A DNA stretch of 64,000 nt from Octopus sinensis (lineage: Eukaryota), in the NCBI RefSeq assembly GCF_006345805.1, contig NC_043001.1:21948001-22012000 (forward strand), in the 5' to 3' direction. This document shows, piece by piece, positions 13,411 to 27,030 of this stretch. The notes under the pieces are model-generated. The model was not told where the DNA came from, did no database searches, and was given only the letters and a program-made list of their open reading frames with translations. Numbering within the stretch: the first letter of the stretch is position 1; each line of letters opens with the position of its first letter. Made by a program: the position numbers and the translations under genes.

Positions 13411-14695
13411 AACACACATATATACACATATATCCGATGGGCTTCTTTCAGTTTCCGTCTACCAATCCACTCACAAGGCTTTGGTCGGCCCAAGGCTATA
13501 GTAGAAGACACTTGATATTGAGAGTCTATGAAAAAATTTTGATATAAATGTATTTATTGGAAAAAACAGCTAGATTTCTTTCTCCAATGTTTTACATAAT
13601 TCAACCAACACAAGTTAACGTTTGAAAAAAAAACAGGAATTTTGAAAGAAGTATTTATTTGTTCACATAGTTTTGAATTAATCATGCATAGCTTCAAAAT
13701 GTTGATGCGATTACTCTTAACTCTTTTACTTGTTTCAGTCATTTGACTGTGGCCATGCTGGAGCACCACCTTTAGTCGAGAAATTCGACCTCAGGACTTA
13801 TTCTTTGTAAGGCTAGTACTTATTCTATCGGTCTGTTTTGCCGAACTGCTAAGTTACGGGACATAAATACACCAGCATTGGTTGTCAAGCGATGTTGGGG
13901 GAACAAACACATACATATACAACAAGCTTCTTTCAGTTTCCATCTACCAAACCCACTCACAAGGCTTTGGTCGGCCCGAGGCTATAGTAGAAGACACTTG
14001 CCCAAGGTGCCACACAGTGGGACTGAACCCAGACCATGTGGTTGGTAAGCAAGCTACTTACCACACAGCCATTCCTACGCCTGATTGTATATTTTTAGAA
14101 TGACTGTAGAATAGTTGTGAGAGGTCAGGTGTGGGTGGTTTGAGTATAAAACAGATAGAATATTTGTGCTGAATATGGCTGGTTTAAATGCTAAAGAGTT
14201 AAGCTTGCTGTCTATCAGCATCTTTTGAAATTGTAGGCCTCCTTTTTTACCTTCTTAGTAGTCCCTTATGCCACAGTGGCCTCAAGTTTTGTTTGATACA
14301 AGATCATATTATATATATAATAGGCGCAGGAGTGGTTCTGTGGTAAGTAGCTTGCTGACCAATCACATGATTATGGGTTCAGTCCCACTGCATGGCACCT
14401 TGGGCAAATGTCTTCTACTATAGCCTCAGGCCAACCAAAGTCTTGTGAGTGGATTTAGTAGATGGAAACTGAAAGAAGCCTGTCGTATATATGTATGTGT
14501 GTGTTTGTCCCCAACCCCAACATCGCTTGACAACCAATGCTGGTGTGTTTACATCCCCGTAACTTAGCGGCTTGGCAAAAGAAGCCAATAGAATAAGTAC
14601 TAGGCTTACAAAGAATAAGTCCCGGGGTCGATTTGCTCAACTAAAGGCAGTGCTCCAGCATGGCTGCAGTCAAATGACTAAAACAAGTAAAAGAA
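13157..14695. mobile_element. Cluster of three SINE family 1 copies (about 13157-13515 -, 13720-14082 -, 14325-14695 +)
   Basis: Family sequence. Confidence 0.85.
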
Positions 14696-14968
14696 TATAT
14701 ATATATATATAATTATGTAGAGTAGGCCTTAAAAGCAACAAAGTGCTTATTCTGAGAAATCCAAGTTGGAACCACTTGGCCATTAATATTTCATCTCATC
14801 CATATAGATTATAAATTATTTCATACTTAATGGAATAATTTTAGCACTGTAAGCTTATTTCTTATTGTTGTGTTTTAATCCTTTTGTTACCATATTAATA
14901 TTGAAATAATCTGCCTTTCAGGTATTTTGATAATAACAAGAAATTTAGTAAATAGTTATTATTAATAA

Positions 14969-15182
14969 CCCTTTCGTTACCAACCTGGCTGAAACTGGCT
15001 CTGGCTACAAATGTCTTGTTTTCATAAGTTTTGAATTAAAATCTCCCACCAAACCTTAGTCACAATTTATGTTCCTAACACTAGCTTAATGATAACTAAG
15101 TTATTTTACTAAATTCTTTGTTATATTTAAAGTAATTGAAAGAAACACAGAGCATCTCAAAATAAATACAGTAACGAAGGGG
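14969..15182. mobile_element. piggyBac-type MITE family B
   Basis: CCCTTTCGTTAC...GTAACGAAGGGG ends and shared internal sequence. Confidence 0.8.
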
Positions 15183-15764
15183 ATAAGCTGGTATTTAGAA
15201 CATTAAGTTAGCATGAAATGCTAATGAAAGTTTTTTAGATCACTTTAAAGCTGGAAGATAGTATTATAGCACCAATAACAGGTAAAATGGGTTAACGATT
15301 AAAAAAAAAAAACACACCAACCAAACGCATTTTACTAACATTCTGTTGAGGTTGACTTTACTTTTCCTCCTTTCAGGGTTGATAAAATAAGTACCAGTTG
15401 AATACTGGGGTTGATGTAATTGACTTACCCCTCCTCCAAAATTGCTGGCCTTGTGCCAAAATTTGAAACCAATATTATTCTGGGCTTTGTTTTTATGTAT
15501 ATTTCTTTATCTTCTTTCTTATTAATTTTTTAATGAATTTTTTCTTTATCGCTGCAGACATTACACCTGCAGTGTAAAGCAAGATTCATCATATTGCAAA
15601 TATGATAATACTTCAGTAACCTGATATTTAATAATTTATAGATTCTCTGCTTAAAATAGATATTATATATTTTTGTTGTATCGTATATTTTGTTCATAGC
15701 TTTGATTCGCAAACATTAAAATGCATTTAATGATTTGACAAGTTTAATTAATTTGATTTTGCGT

Positions 15765-15783
15765 ATGTTAGTGTGTGTGTATG

Positions 15784-15816
<33 letters not shown>

Positions 15817-16119
15817 TTGTATGTATATGTATGTATATGTATGTATATGTATGTATATGTATATATATGTATATATATGTATGTATATATGTATGTATAT
15901 GTATGTATGTATATGTATATATGTATGTATATATGTATGTATATGTATGTATATATGTATATATATATTATATATATATATGTATATATATATATGTATA
16001 TATATATATGTATATATATATATGTATATATATATGTATATATATATATGTATATATATATATTATATATATATATGTAATATATATATATGTATATATA
16101 TGTATATATATATATGTAT

Positions 16120-16151
<32 letters not shown>

Positions 16152-16245
16152 GTATATATATATATGTATATATGTATGTATATATGTATGTATATTGTAT
16201 ATATATATGTATATGTATATGTATATATGTATATCTATATATATG

Positions 16246-16292
<47 letters not shown>

Positions 16293-16294
16293 TA

Positions 16295-16374
<80 letters not shown>

Positions 16375-16598
16375 GTTATGTATATATATATATGTGTATA
16401 TATATATATATCTATATGTGTATATATATATATATGTGTATATTATATATATATATATATGTGTATATATATATATATATAATATATGTATATATATGTG
16501 TATATATATATATATATATATGTGTATATATATGTGTATATATATGTGTATATAATATATGTGTATATATATGTGTATATATATATATATATATCTAT

Positions 16599-16629
<31 letters not shown>

Positions 16630-16651
16630 TGTATATAGTATATGTATGTAT

Positions 16652-16701
<50 letters not shown>

Positions 16702-16739
16702 GTATATATATATGTATTATATATATGTATATGTATATG

Positions 16740-16791
<52 letters not shown>

Positions 16792-16860
16792 ATATATATA
16801 TGTATGTATATATATATATGTATGTATATATATATGTATGTATATATATATAGTATGTAT

Positions 16861-16891
<31 letters not shown>

Positions 16892-17180
16892 TGTATATAT
16901 GTATATGTATGTATATATATAATGTATGTATATATGTATATGTATGTATATATGTATATGTATGTATATATGTTATGTATATATATATATATGTATGTAT
17001 ATATTATATGTATGTATTATGTATATGTATGTATATATGTATATGTATGTATATATGTATATGTATATATATTATATGTATGTATATATGTATATGTATA
17101 TATATATTATATGTATGTATATATGTATATGTATATATATATTATATGTATGTATATATGTATATGTATATATATAATAT
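15765..17180. repeat. About 1.4-kb compound (TA)n/(TATG)n microsatellite
   Basis: Direct inspection; source of the long Y/I/M/C/V ORFs. Confidence 0.98.
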
Positions 17181-17484
17181 AAATTTACTAATAAAATTAT
17201 ATATTGGTCTCCTTTGGTGAATGTTGAATGACATTTCTATAGAAAACAACCAGTGGTCTTTCCATTCTTAAATACTTAGATTTTTATTAGCCAACCAAAC
17301 AAAGCCAATTTTCCTTTTGTGCCACAGTACAATGATAAACTCAATTATTCAACATACTTATACTTTAATGAGTTTCATTAACTTACGCTGGTGTTGCTTT
17401 GAATCTGGAGCCAACTAAGGAAGTCATTTTAGTACAAGATTTTAAATTTCTCCCTCCAGTCTTATCTCAGTATTAGATCTAGAT

Positions 17485-17706
17485 CAGTGGGTGTCAACCA
17501 TTTTTTGCCTAGGGGCCCCATTTATTCCTACTTTACTCTACTGGATCCTCATGTTAAAAATTCTGTCATATTTTTATATAAAAAAAAAATTGTTAAAATA
17601 CTTTGTGTGTTGTAGAAGTATAACCAGATTATTGCTCATTAAATTTTAATTACAAAATCTTATATGGACCCCCAAGAGCCATGTAGACCCCGGTTGAGAA
17701 CTACTG
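17485..17706. mobile_element. hAT (Charlie/Buster-like) MITE
   Basis: TIRs cagtgggtgtcaacc / ggttgagaactactg; perfect 8-bp TSD ATCTAGAT (17477-17484, 17707-17714), matching the NTCTAGAN preference of Charlie elements. Confidence 0.9.
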
Positions 17707-17886
17707 ATCTAGATTCTGGTTCTTCTATGTTTGATGGCATTAAAAGATTCATGCGCGTATTAGATGAGCCCCAATTTCAGCAGTGCATATTCAGGAAGAA
17801 AGGTTTTTAGTACATTAACCTTTTAGCATTCAGATTTCTTTGTCAAATGTGTTGCTTATTTATTCACATTCGTTAGAATTAATCAT

Positions 17887-18277
17887 ACATTACTTTTGTA
17901 GTTTCAAGATTTCAATGGTATACTCTTTTACTTGTTTCAGTCATAATACTGTGGCCATGCTGGAGCACCACCTTTAAAATTTTTAACTAGATCTCTTGAG
18001 ATTTGAGACCACCATCACACATTACTTTTGTAGTTTCAAGATTTCAGTGGTATACTCTTTTACTTGTTTCAGTCATAATACTGTGGCCATACTGGAGCAC
18101 CACCTTTAAAATTTTTAACTAGATCTCTTGAGATTTGAGACCACCATCACACATTACTTTTGTAGTTTCAAGATTTCAATGGTATACTCTTTTACTTGTC
18201 TCAGTCATAATACTGTGGCCATGCTGGAGCACTGCCTTTAACATTTTTAAGTAGATCTCTTGAGATTTGAGACCACC
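17887..18277. repeat. Three tandem copies of a 132-bp MITE/SINE chimeric unit inside a family A MITE (about 17820-18454)
   Basis: Units start at 17887, 18019 and 18151 and are nearly identical. Confidence 0.92.
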
Positions 18278-18566
18278 ACCACCACCTATAAGGTGTATTG
18301 TTACTTCTCAACACCCATGCCTACTGGACCACCATGTTTGTATATTTTTAGAATGACATGGTAGGGTAGGTGTGAGAGGTTAGATCTTGACAGTTTTGAT
18401 ATAAAACCAGTATAATATTTAAGCTGGATATAGCTGGATTAAATGCTAAAGGGTTAAAGCATGTGACTTTGCATATAGTATCAGGGATAATCTTTTGAGA
18501 CTGACGGAAAAAAAAGAAAAGTGTCTTGTGGTAATTACATGCTATAATGATGTCTAGTTTGAAACA

Positions 18567-19530
18567 GGCGTAGGAGTGGCTGTGTGGTAAGTAGCTTGTT
18601 TACCAACCACATGGTTCCGGGTTCAGTCCCACTGCGTGGCACCTTGGGCAAGTGTCTTCTACTATAGCCTCGGGCCGACCAAAGCCTTGTGAGTGGATTT
18701 GGTAGATGGAAACTGAAAGAAGCTTGTCGTATATATGTATATATATATATATATATGTATGTATGTGTGTATGTTTGTGTGTCTGTGTTTGTCCCCCTAG
18801 CATTGCTTGACAACCGATGCTGGTGTGTTTATGTCCCCGTCACTTAGCGGTTCGGCAAAAGAGACCGATAGAATAAGTACTGGGCTTACAAAGAATAAGT
18901 CCCGGGGTCGAGTTGCCTGATTGAAGGTGGTGCTCCAGCATGGCTGCAGTCATACATATCATCATCTGGAAAAGACTTTCTAACTAGAAAGGGTATGGCC
19001 TGGTCAGCCTGTAATGACATGCATAAGATCTGGTCATCAAATCTAAGTAGAGACTTGAAATCTTCAAAGCTACAGTCGAACCAATTCTACTATATGACTC
19101 AGAAACCTGGACGTTATCAAAGAAGCTTGAGAGGCGGTTGGATGGAACCTACATTCGCCTCCTTATGAGAGCTCAAAATCTCTCATGGAAGTGCCATCCA
19201 ACTAAAATGCAAATATATGGGAAACTACCACCGGTGTCATCTCTTGTGAAAGGTAAAAGAGTCCAGTTTGCTGGACATTGTTGTAGAGCTGAAAAAGAGG
19301 TAATTTCTACTCTTCTCCTCTGGAAGCCATCTACTCGCAATACCAGAGGGCGCACACTCTCCTACCCTCATGTAATCTCCAGGGATACAGGCATCCAGCA
19401 ACAGGACCTCCGTAATGCCATGATGGACCGTGAAGTCTGGCGTAGCATGGTAAATTCCATTGTCTCGACCACGGTTGAACAATGATGATGATGATGCTGC
19501 AGTCAAATGACTGAAACATGTAAAAGAGAG
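18567..19530 (+). mobile_element. SINE family 1 interrupted by an RTE LINE insertion
   Basis: The SINE 3' end resumes at 19496 after the duplicated gctgcagtca. Confidence 0.85.
18953..19495 (+). mobile_element. 5'-truncated RTE-clade LINE (RT C-terminal region FKATVEPILLY.SETWTL...QFAGHC...MMDREVWR) with (TGA)n tail
   Basis: ORF 19138-19485 is LINE-like; 10-bp TSD gctgcagtca (18943-18952, 19496-19505). Confidence 0.9.
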
Positions 19531-19821
19531 AGAGAGTCTATATCATATTAATTCCTTTCTTGTCTGAAGCATTTCTGTAATTATGTCCTGAGTGTTATGT
19601 CCTGAGTGTCTGTGCTTGTTTTCAGGTACTTTTAGTTCGGTCTTGTTTCATGTTCTCAGTAATGTAAATCTTTCCTTTCATAAGTCCCAAGTTATTCTGA
19701 TGGTTGAATAAAAATTGGCAATGTGTATCATTCCATGATGTATGAATGCCAGAGAAATATGTCCTGTGTATCACATGTAGTACACAGGATAGGCAAAAGG
19801 TTAAACTCATGCATAAGCATT

Positions 19822-20290
19822 CATCATCATCATCGTTTAACGTCCGTTCTTCATGCTAGCATGGGTTGGACAGTTCGACCGGGGATCTGGGAAGCCAAGA
19901 GGCTGCACCAGGCTCCGGTCTTATCTGGCAGTGTTTCTACAGCTGGATGCCCTTCTTAATGCCAACTACTCTGTGAGTGTAGTGGGTGCTTTTTATGTGC
20001 CACCGGCACAGGTGCCAGGCGAGGCTGGCAATGGCCACAATTGGATTGGTGCATTTTACGTGCCACCGGCACGGAAGCCAGTCAAGGCGACGCTGGCATC
20101 GGCCACGATTCGGATGGTACTTTTTACGTGCCACCGGCACAGGGATCACAACTGCAGTTTCCATTGATTTTGATGTTGGTGTACTTGACTCAATGGATCT
20201 CCTCAAGCACTGGATCGAAATGGTGTTTCTTCACTTGCCACCTGCACAGGAGTCAGTCCAGCAGTCTTGGCAACTGCCGGGTGCCAGCTA
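19822..20290 (-). mobile_element. RTE 3' UTR fragment
   Basis: Family sequence with (CAT)n. Confidence 0.85.
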
Positions 20291-22042
20291 TAGGATTGGT
20301 TCAATTTAAAGCTGCCCCCTCCTGTGTTCTACTTTTGTTTCCATATTTTCAGAGGTGCATTGCTATAGTCACTTCTAACAATTTGCTAAACAGAAAACTG
20401 GAGTGTATTTGGTAAATATTTTGAACATTGACATATTGAGAAAATATAAGAACGTTGTCTCGTTTCATTTCCTCCGTTCCATAAAATTGTTTGTGCAGTC
20501 TCGAATTTTCTATTTCTTATTTTTCTGTATTAGCAGAAGTGTTGAAAACAACAGAATTTTATGTCATGTTTCCTTTTCATTAGAAGCATTTTAATTGAGT
20601 TAATTAAAGTAGGTCTTGTCACATAAATGTTAGTCCTACCTTGGTTTATATGGTGTTGAAAGCTCATGCTTTTAGAAATAATGCTTAGACTGTCCTACAA
20701 ATATAAATTAAGTCTAATATCAACTATATAAAATTGCTATTTAAAATCTTATCTTCATTTATTTAGTTTTCTAATAAATTAAGTGTTACAGAAAAAATGG
20801 TGTTAAAAAAAATCAATTTTTATTTTTTATTCTATATAACTTAATACTGGTCAGAAAAACAAGTTTAAAAAAAAAAATGATGAAATTTTTATTTAGATGA
20901 ACATTTATGTATGATATTTAACAATTCTTAAAATAGTTTGTAATTGATATCTTTTTTTTTTTTAATTGGCAAAAATTTTGCATTTATAAATATCTTTATA
21001 AATGTTGAGTGAAAAACCTACTTGCTGGTATTAGTTACAGATGCCTATAAGCTTAGCAGCTTACCTTTACATATTAGATATGCCAGTGCCAAACTTTGTT
21101 TCTCCTCTGTATAGATAGAATTGATTTCTTAGATCATTTAGCTAGGTATATTGGTATTTTTAACAAAATTATTGGAGCACACAACTCTAGATTAAGGCAT
21201 ATTTTGGCTGAGTTGCTATTGAATATCTGTGTGTGTGTTTGTTTGTGTGTATGTGTGTGTGTGTGTGTGGGGGGGGGATAATAGGTAGGTGTATAGATTC
21301 ACTTAAACAGTTAGTACATGTTGATTGAATGGAATTAATTGCTGGCTTGTAATACTGCCAGGTAGCAGGAAATATATTAATATTCAACTTGTATAAATAC
21401 TAAACAATTGAATTTGTAATTAGACCTTAACATTAAGTTAATTTTTTGTAATTTATGTTAAAAATGTGAATATTTATACTTCTGTTTTTTATTCTCATTA
21501 ATCGGCAGTTATTTAAAATATATGTTTTTAATTAATATATATATTTATTAAAAGTTAGCTTTCTTTGGTTTTTGTGGGCATTTTTTGAATTTAAGGAAGT
21601 TGCAATTTGCAGGGTTTTAATTGTTAATAAAGTATTTTATTGTGACAGTTTTAATTCATAGAATTAAGCCGAGGTTGACTTTGCCTTTCATCCTTTCGGA
21701 GTCGATTAAATAAGTACCAGTTACGCACTTGGGTCGATATAATCGACTTAATTCATTTGTCTGTCCTAGTTTGTTCCTTCTATGTGTAGCCCCTTGTGGG
21801 CAGTAAAGAAATAAGAATTGGTTTGGTAGCTTTCCATGCAACTTACTGAGTAATAATAATAATGATAGAGGAATATAAAGGAAATCAGAATCGAGGAATA
21901 TAAAGGTAATCTGAATAGAGTGCCAAGTTGAACTGTTAGGTTTGCCTCTTTGCCATAGCTAGAATAATCAAGGAAGTATTAAATAGAAATGATACATTTC
22001 TAAATCTCTCAGAGAGATTTATGTAGTAGCAGCACAATAAAG

Positions 22043-22205
22043 TGATGGCATGTTGGCAACTTAATGTGACAGTCCCATGAAAGGGAAGAACGCTACTGTT
22101 ATTTAGCCCTAGGAAATAACAAGAGACGGTGTTTCCTAGGGCTAAATAACAGTAGCATTCTTCCCTTTCATGGGACTGTCACATTAAGTTGTCAACATAC
22201 TATCA
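22043..22205. repeat. Near-perfect inverted repeat, stem about 75 bp, loop about 13 nt
   Basis: 22043-22117 pairs with 22131-22205; the few differences are transitions (G.U pairs). Confidence 0.95.
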
Positions 22206-23742
22206 AGTATTTAATAGTTGACAAGGGCAGAGAGCATGGTACTGTAGGCTTCTGACAGCAATCCTGTCAGGCATGCAAGACTCCAGGAGTTCTAATGAAA
22301 CCAGAATTAAAAAAGAACAACAACAATAATGGTTTCAAATTTTAGTGCAAGGCTGGCCATTTTGAGGAGAGCGCCTCGACTGGCCCTGACTGCCGGTGGA
22401 ACATAAAAAGCACCATCCAATCGTGGCCGTTGCCAGCCTTGCCTGGCACCTGTGCGGATGGCACGTAAAAAGCACCCACTACACTCACGGATTGGTTGGC
22501 GTTAGGAAGGGCATCCAGCCGTAGAAACACTGCTAGATCAGACTGGGCCTGGTGCAGCCTTCTGGCTTCCCAGATCCCAGTTGAACCGTCCAACCCATGC
22601 TAGCATGAAAAGCGGACGCTAAATGATGATGAGATGGCAAGTGAGTTACCTCAACTCCAATATTTGACTGTTCCTTTCTTTTTTCGACCCCCACAAAAGA
22701 TGAAAGGAATGTTTTTAAAAGCTTCCTTTAAAGATATTTGGTAATATCCCTTTAAAGCTGTAAACATCATTAAAACATAGTGATATTTTAATTTCTTCAA
22801 CTTTGTAATATTTCCAAAATGAATCATGAATTGGTAAATGCTGATTTTTTTTTTCTCTCAGTTGTTTTTTTTTTCATTTTTATTTCCTTTTAGACTGTTG
22901 AGTATTCTATATTTTTGGTGTGTGTGTGTGTGACAGAGAGACAGAGAGAGTAAATTTTCTTACTGGTTAAAAATAGGGAATTCAGATTACATTGTCAAAT
23001 GTAATGCTTATTTATTCACATTCATCATTTAACATCCGCATTCCATGCTGGCATGGGTTGGACAGTTTGAGGACTGGCAAGCTAGGAGGCTACACCAGGC
23101 TCCAACATGATCTGGCAAGGTTTCTACAGCTGGATGCCCTTCCTAATACCAACCACTCTGGAAGTATAGTGGGTGCTTTTTACATTCCACCAGCACGGGG
23201 TCAGTCAGGCGGCATTGGCATTGACCTCACTTGAATGGTGCTTTTTATGTGCCACCAACACAGGAGCCAGTCTGGTGGCACTGGCATTGACCACACTTGT
23301 ATGGTGCTTTTTATGTGCCACCAACACAGGAGCCAGTCTGGTGGCACTGGCATTGATCATGCTTGACTGGTGCTTTTTATGTGCCACCAGCACAGGTACC
23401 AGTGGGGTGCTACTGGCATTGGCCGCGACAATGATTTCGCATTATCTTGTTGCTTAAAAGTTTCAATGATGTGATTATTTTTAGAATGACATTGTAGGGT
23501 TGATGTGAGAGGCCAGATTTGGCTAGTTTGAACATAAAGCAGGTAGAATATTTGGGCTGGATATGGCTGGTTCATACATGCCAAAAGGTTACGAGTAACC
23601 AATAGTAGGGAAGTACCATTTTGCAAATGAGAGAGGGTCTTTATAGTCACTTGACTTACTAGAAATAGCTACCTAGTCTACCTCACATTATACCATATTG
23701 TCTCAGATAATGAAAGGACACATTTAAGCCCTACATGATTAA

Positions 23743-24170
23743 CCCCTTAACATTCAGATTACTCTGTCAAATGTAAACCATTGTTTTGAATTAATTGCAC
23801 ATTATCTCTTAGCTTCGAGATTTCTATGATGTGATTGTATATTTTTAAAATGACATGTGTAAGCAGCTGCTTCTGGCCAGTTTGAACATAAAACGAGTAG
23901 GATATTTATTTGGGCCTGATATGGCCAGTTTGACCCTTTCTTTACTAACCCGGATGAAACTGGCTCTGGCTCTGTAGTACAAATGTTTTGTTTTCATAAT
24001 TTTTGAATTAAAATCTTCCACCAAACCTTAGTCATAATTTATGTTCTTAACACTAGCTGAATGATAACTAAGTTATTTTACTAAATTCTTTGTTATATTT
24101 AAAATAACTGAAAGAAACACAGAACATCTCAAAATAAATATGGTAACGAAAGGGTTAAATACTAAAAGGT
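23743..24170. mobile_element. Family A MITE with a family B MITE (23934-24154) inserted at the TTAA near its right end
   Basis: The A sequence breaks at ...gccagt-ttga|CCC and resumes after GGG|ttaa-atactaaaaggttaa. Confidence 0.8.
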
Positions 24171-24705
24171 TAAAAGATGGGGTAGTCACAGATGGAATGC
24201 TTTTGATCACGTATCTGCTTGATCCAGGTTGACCTGGAATTAAACGTTAAATTTTTTGTTTCTATTCTGTTCAAACTCAGCATTTTTGGCATTATTCAAC
24301 ATCTTGATGTTGTTATTGTCACAATACAAAAGCTATAACAGCACCACCACCACAAAAATACATTAGAATATTCCACAAACATTAGATATGGCACTGTAAA
24401 CAAAAACTCAGATCCATCTAATCTATGTGGGATTTTACCCTGGCCCTCAAAACCCGCCAGAAACAAATTCTTACAAAACCTTGTCCTTCACATAGAAGAT
24501 TGCACATGCATGTAGGTGCAAGTATGGCTGTATGGCTAAGAATCTCACTTGAGATTGTGTGTGGGTACAGACCCACTTTTTGACACTTTGGACAAGTATC
24601 TCCTATTGTAGCCCCAAGCTGACTAGTGCCTTCTCAGTGAATATGGTAGACAAAAACTGTGTGGAAGCCCATCATATATATATATATTTTCTTTTTTTTT
24701 TTTAT

Positions 24706-25040
24706 TTATTTCATTCGACTGCAGCCATGCTAGAGCATCACCTTTAGTTAAACAAATTGAACTCAGGACTTATTCTTTATAAGACTAGTAGTTATTCTTT
24801 TGGTCTTTTTTGCTGAACCACTAAGTTATGGGGATGTAAACATACCAGCATTGGTTGTCAAGTGATGGTGGGGACACACACACATACACGACGGGCTTCT
24901 TTCAGTTTACGTCTACCAAATCCACTCACAAGGCGTTGGTTGACCTGAGGCTATAGTAGAAGGTACTTGCCCAAGGTGACACGGTGGGACTGAACCCGGA
25001 ACCATGTAGTTGGGAAGCAAGCTACTTAGCACACAGCTAT
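24706..25040 (-). mobile_element. SINE family 1
   Basis: Family sequence. Confidence 0.8.
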
Positions 25041-25659
25041 ATATATATATGAACAAGTGGGTTGAGGTTCACTACAGCTGTTTCAGATGCATTTTTTATT
25101 AATGAATTAATCAATTACATCATAAAATTAAAAAAAAAACAACTATTTTCTTCAGATGAATAAAAAATTAAATCCAAAATTTAATACACACACACATAAC
25201 TCTGTGTTTGCAGTCCCCTACTACTACTTGGCAGCCAGTGTTTGTTGACATTCTTGTTACTTAGCTGTTTGATAAATGAGACTGATAGACTTAGAACCAA
25301 ATTTAAGATGTGTTCTGGGGATCGATTTGTCCAACTAAACCGTTCAAGACAACAGTCCAGTATGGCTGCAGTCCAATGATTTAAACAAGTAAAGGATAAA
25401 AGATAAGATATTCCACAAGCATAAGATGACACTGCAAACAAGACCTCAAATCCATTTAATCTCTCAGATCTACCTCAATCCTCAGAAACCTCCATAAACT
25501 GAAATTCCTACAAAACTTCATTCTTCACATAAAAGACTGTTAAGTCGGCCTTATTTGAGAAAACCCATGATGAAAGGCATTCATGCTATGATCGTCCCAC
25601 TTTTATTTGAGGTATAATGTATCCAAAACTACATTATCTTAGATGTCTTCTCTCTCTCC

Positions 25660-25869
25660 CCCTTTTGTTACTGTATTTATTTTGAGATGCTCTGTGTTTC
25701 TTTCAATTATTTTAAATATCACAAAGAATTTAGTAAAATAACTTGGTTATCATTAAGCTAGTGTTAAGAACATAAATTGCGACTAAGGTTTGGTGGAAGA
25801 TTTTAATTCAAAACTTATGTAAACAAGACATTTGTACTCAGAGCCAGAGCCGGGTTGGTAACGAAAGGG
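25660..25869. mobile_element. piggyBac-type MITE family B
   Basis: CCCTTTTGTTAC...GTAACGAAAGGG-TTAA. Confidence 0.8.
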
Positions 25870-27030
25870 TTAAGATGGTAGGGTCTGATTTGAGGGAGAT
25901 TTGCCTGCTATTTGTAGCAAGTCGACTGATTGCAAATAACTTGTCAAATATCATTTCAGTTGGCTCGTCAATTAATATTTATATTTTGTGAGGTGTTCAA
26001 ATCCATGGCTTTAACTCGCACAGCTCTGGCCAGCATCTAGCATCTATATATTTAACCAGTGGCAAACACTAAGAAACATTACTTACACTACCACCTAACG
26101 TCTTTGTTTCTCCCTTGTGACCCAAATAGACACCCATACATCAAAATTTCTATAACATTCATTACCATTCAAGACCCAAACCTATGAGCTGCAATCCCTC
26201 TATAATAAAACACGGAGAAAATCTCAGCTATCGTGTACCAGCTATTTACTCTCTTGTTATTTCCACTACCAACAATGTGTTACAGACAAGAAGAAAGCTG
26301 AAAGAGATTTGTGTAGTCAGTTATATTATTGTTCCCTTCAAAACTAAACATGGTACGATAGAGTGTGTGTGTGTGTGAGCCTTATAGTCTAAACATAAAT
26401 TACTGTTTGGTCTGTTGGCTCTGTGAGTTGCTCATAAACATTCCATTATTTACTTATGTGCCGTAAGTCAATTTAAAAAAAGTAAGCTAGGATTTGCATC
26501 TGTCTCGAGAATTCGCTACAAACGAAAGCCACTCGTTTAAATAACGGATAGGATACAGATTTTAAGAAAGCGAGCTGGGTACTAAATGTTTCCTCAGTCC
26601 CTGCTCTTTTTTTTTTTTTTTGACTAAATAGGAAAAGATGACATTTGAAGTGTTATATATGATTAATTAAAAATTTTGGGCGAGTAAAAAAAAATTCTAA
26701 CATTTTGGCATTTTCTTGTAATTGGACCTCCTCCTACTTATGAGACTAGTGTTGTTAATTTTTTGAGAAAGTATTTGGGTTGCATTGATGTACCCAGAAG
26801 TTGTACTTTTCTACCCCTCTCTCTTTTCTGATTGAGCAAACGTGTATTAGTTTGCATTATTTTCCATATCAATGAACCTGCAGAGAAGGTAGCTAATATA
26901 GGTTTAAATACTTTCATTGTTGCCAATTAAGAAGAACACCTTTAAGGAATTTTGTGTGTTTCTTGGAAAGAATTATTTTAAGCACAAATGCTTGTGTTAA
27001 ATGTTAACTTCTTCTAAAAGGTAAAGATAG

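Noticed and set aside
5920-15575. Microexon-like splice pairs at 5920-5924, 7024-7040, 9380-9393 and about 15558
   Set aside because: They cannot be joined into an open, recognisable reading frame; such matches are expected by chance in T-rich DNA.
15735-17220. Long ORFs (up to 335 aa) rich in Y/I/M/C/V, also at 3070-3926 and 39625-40479
   Set aside because: Translations of TA/TG microsatellites, which lack stop codons by composition.
17887-18277. Regular repeat array as CRISPR-like
   Set aside because: No unique spacers, eukaryotic context, units derived from MITE and SINE sequence.
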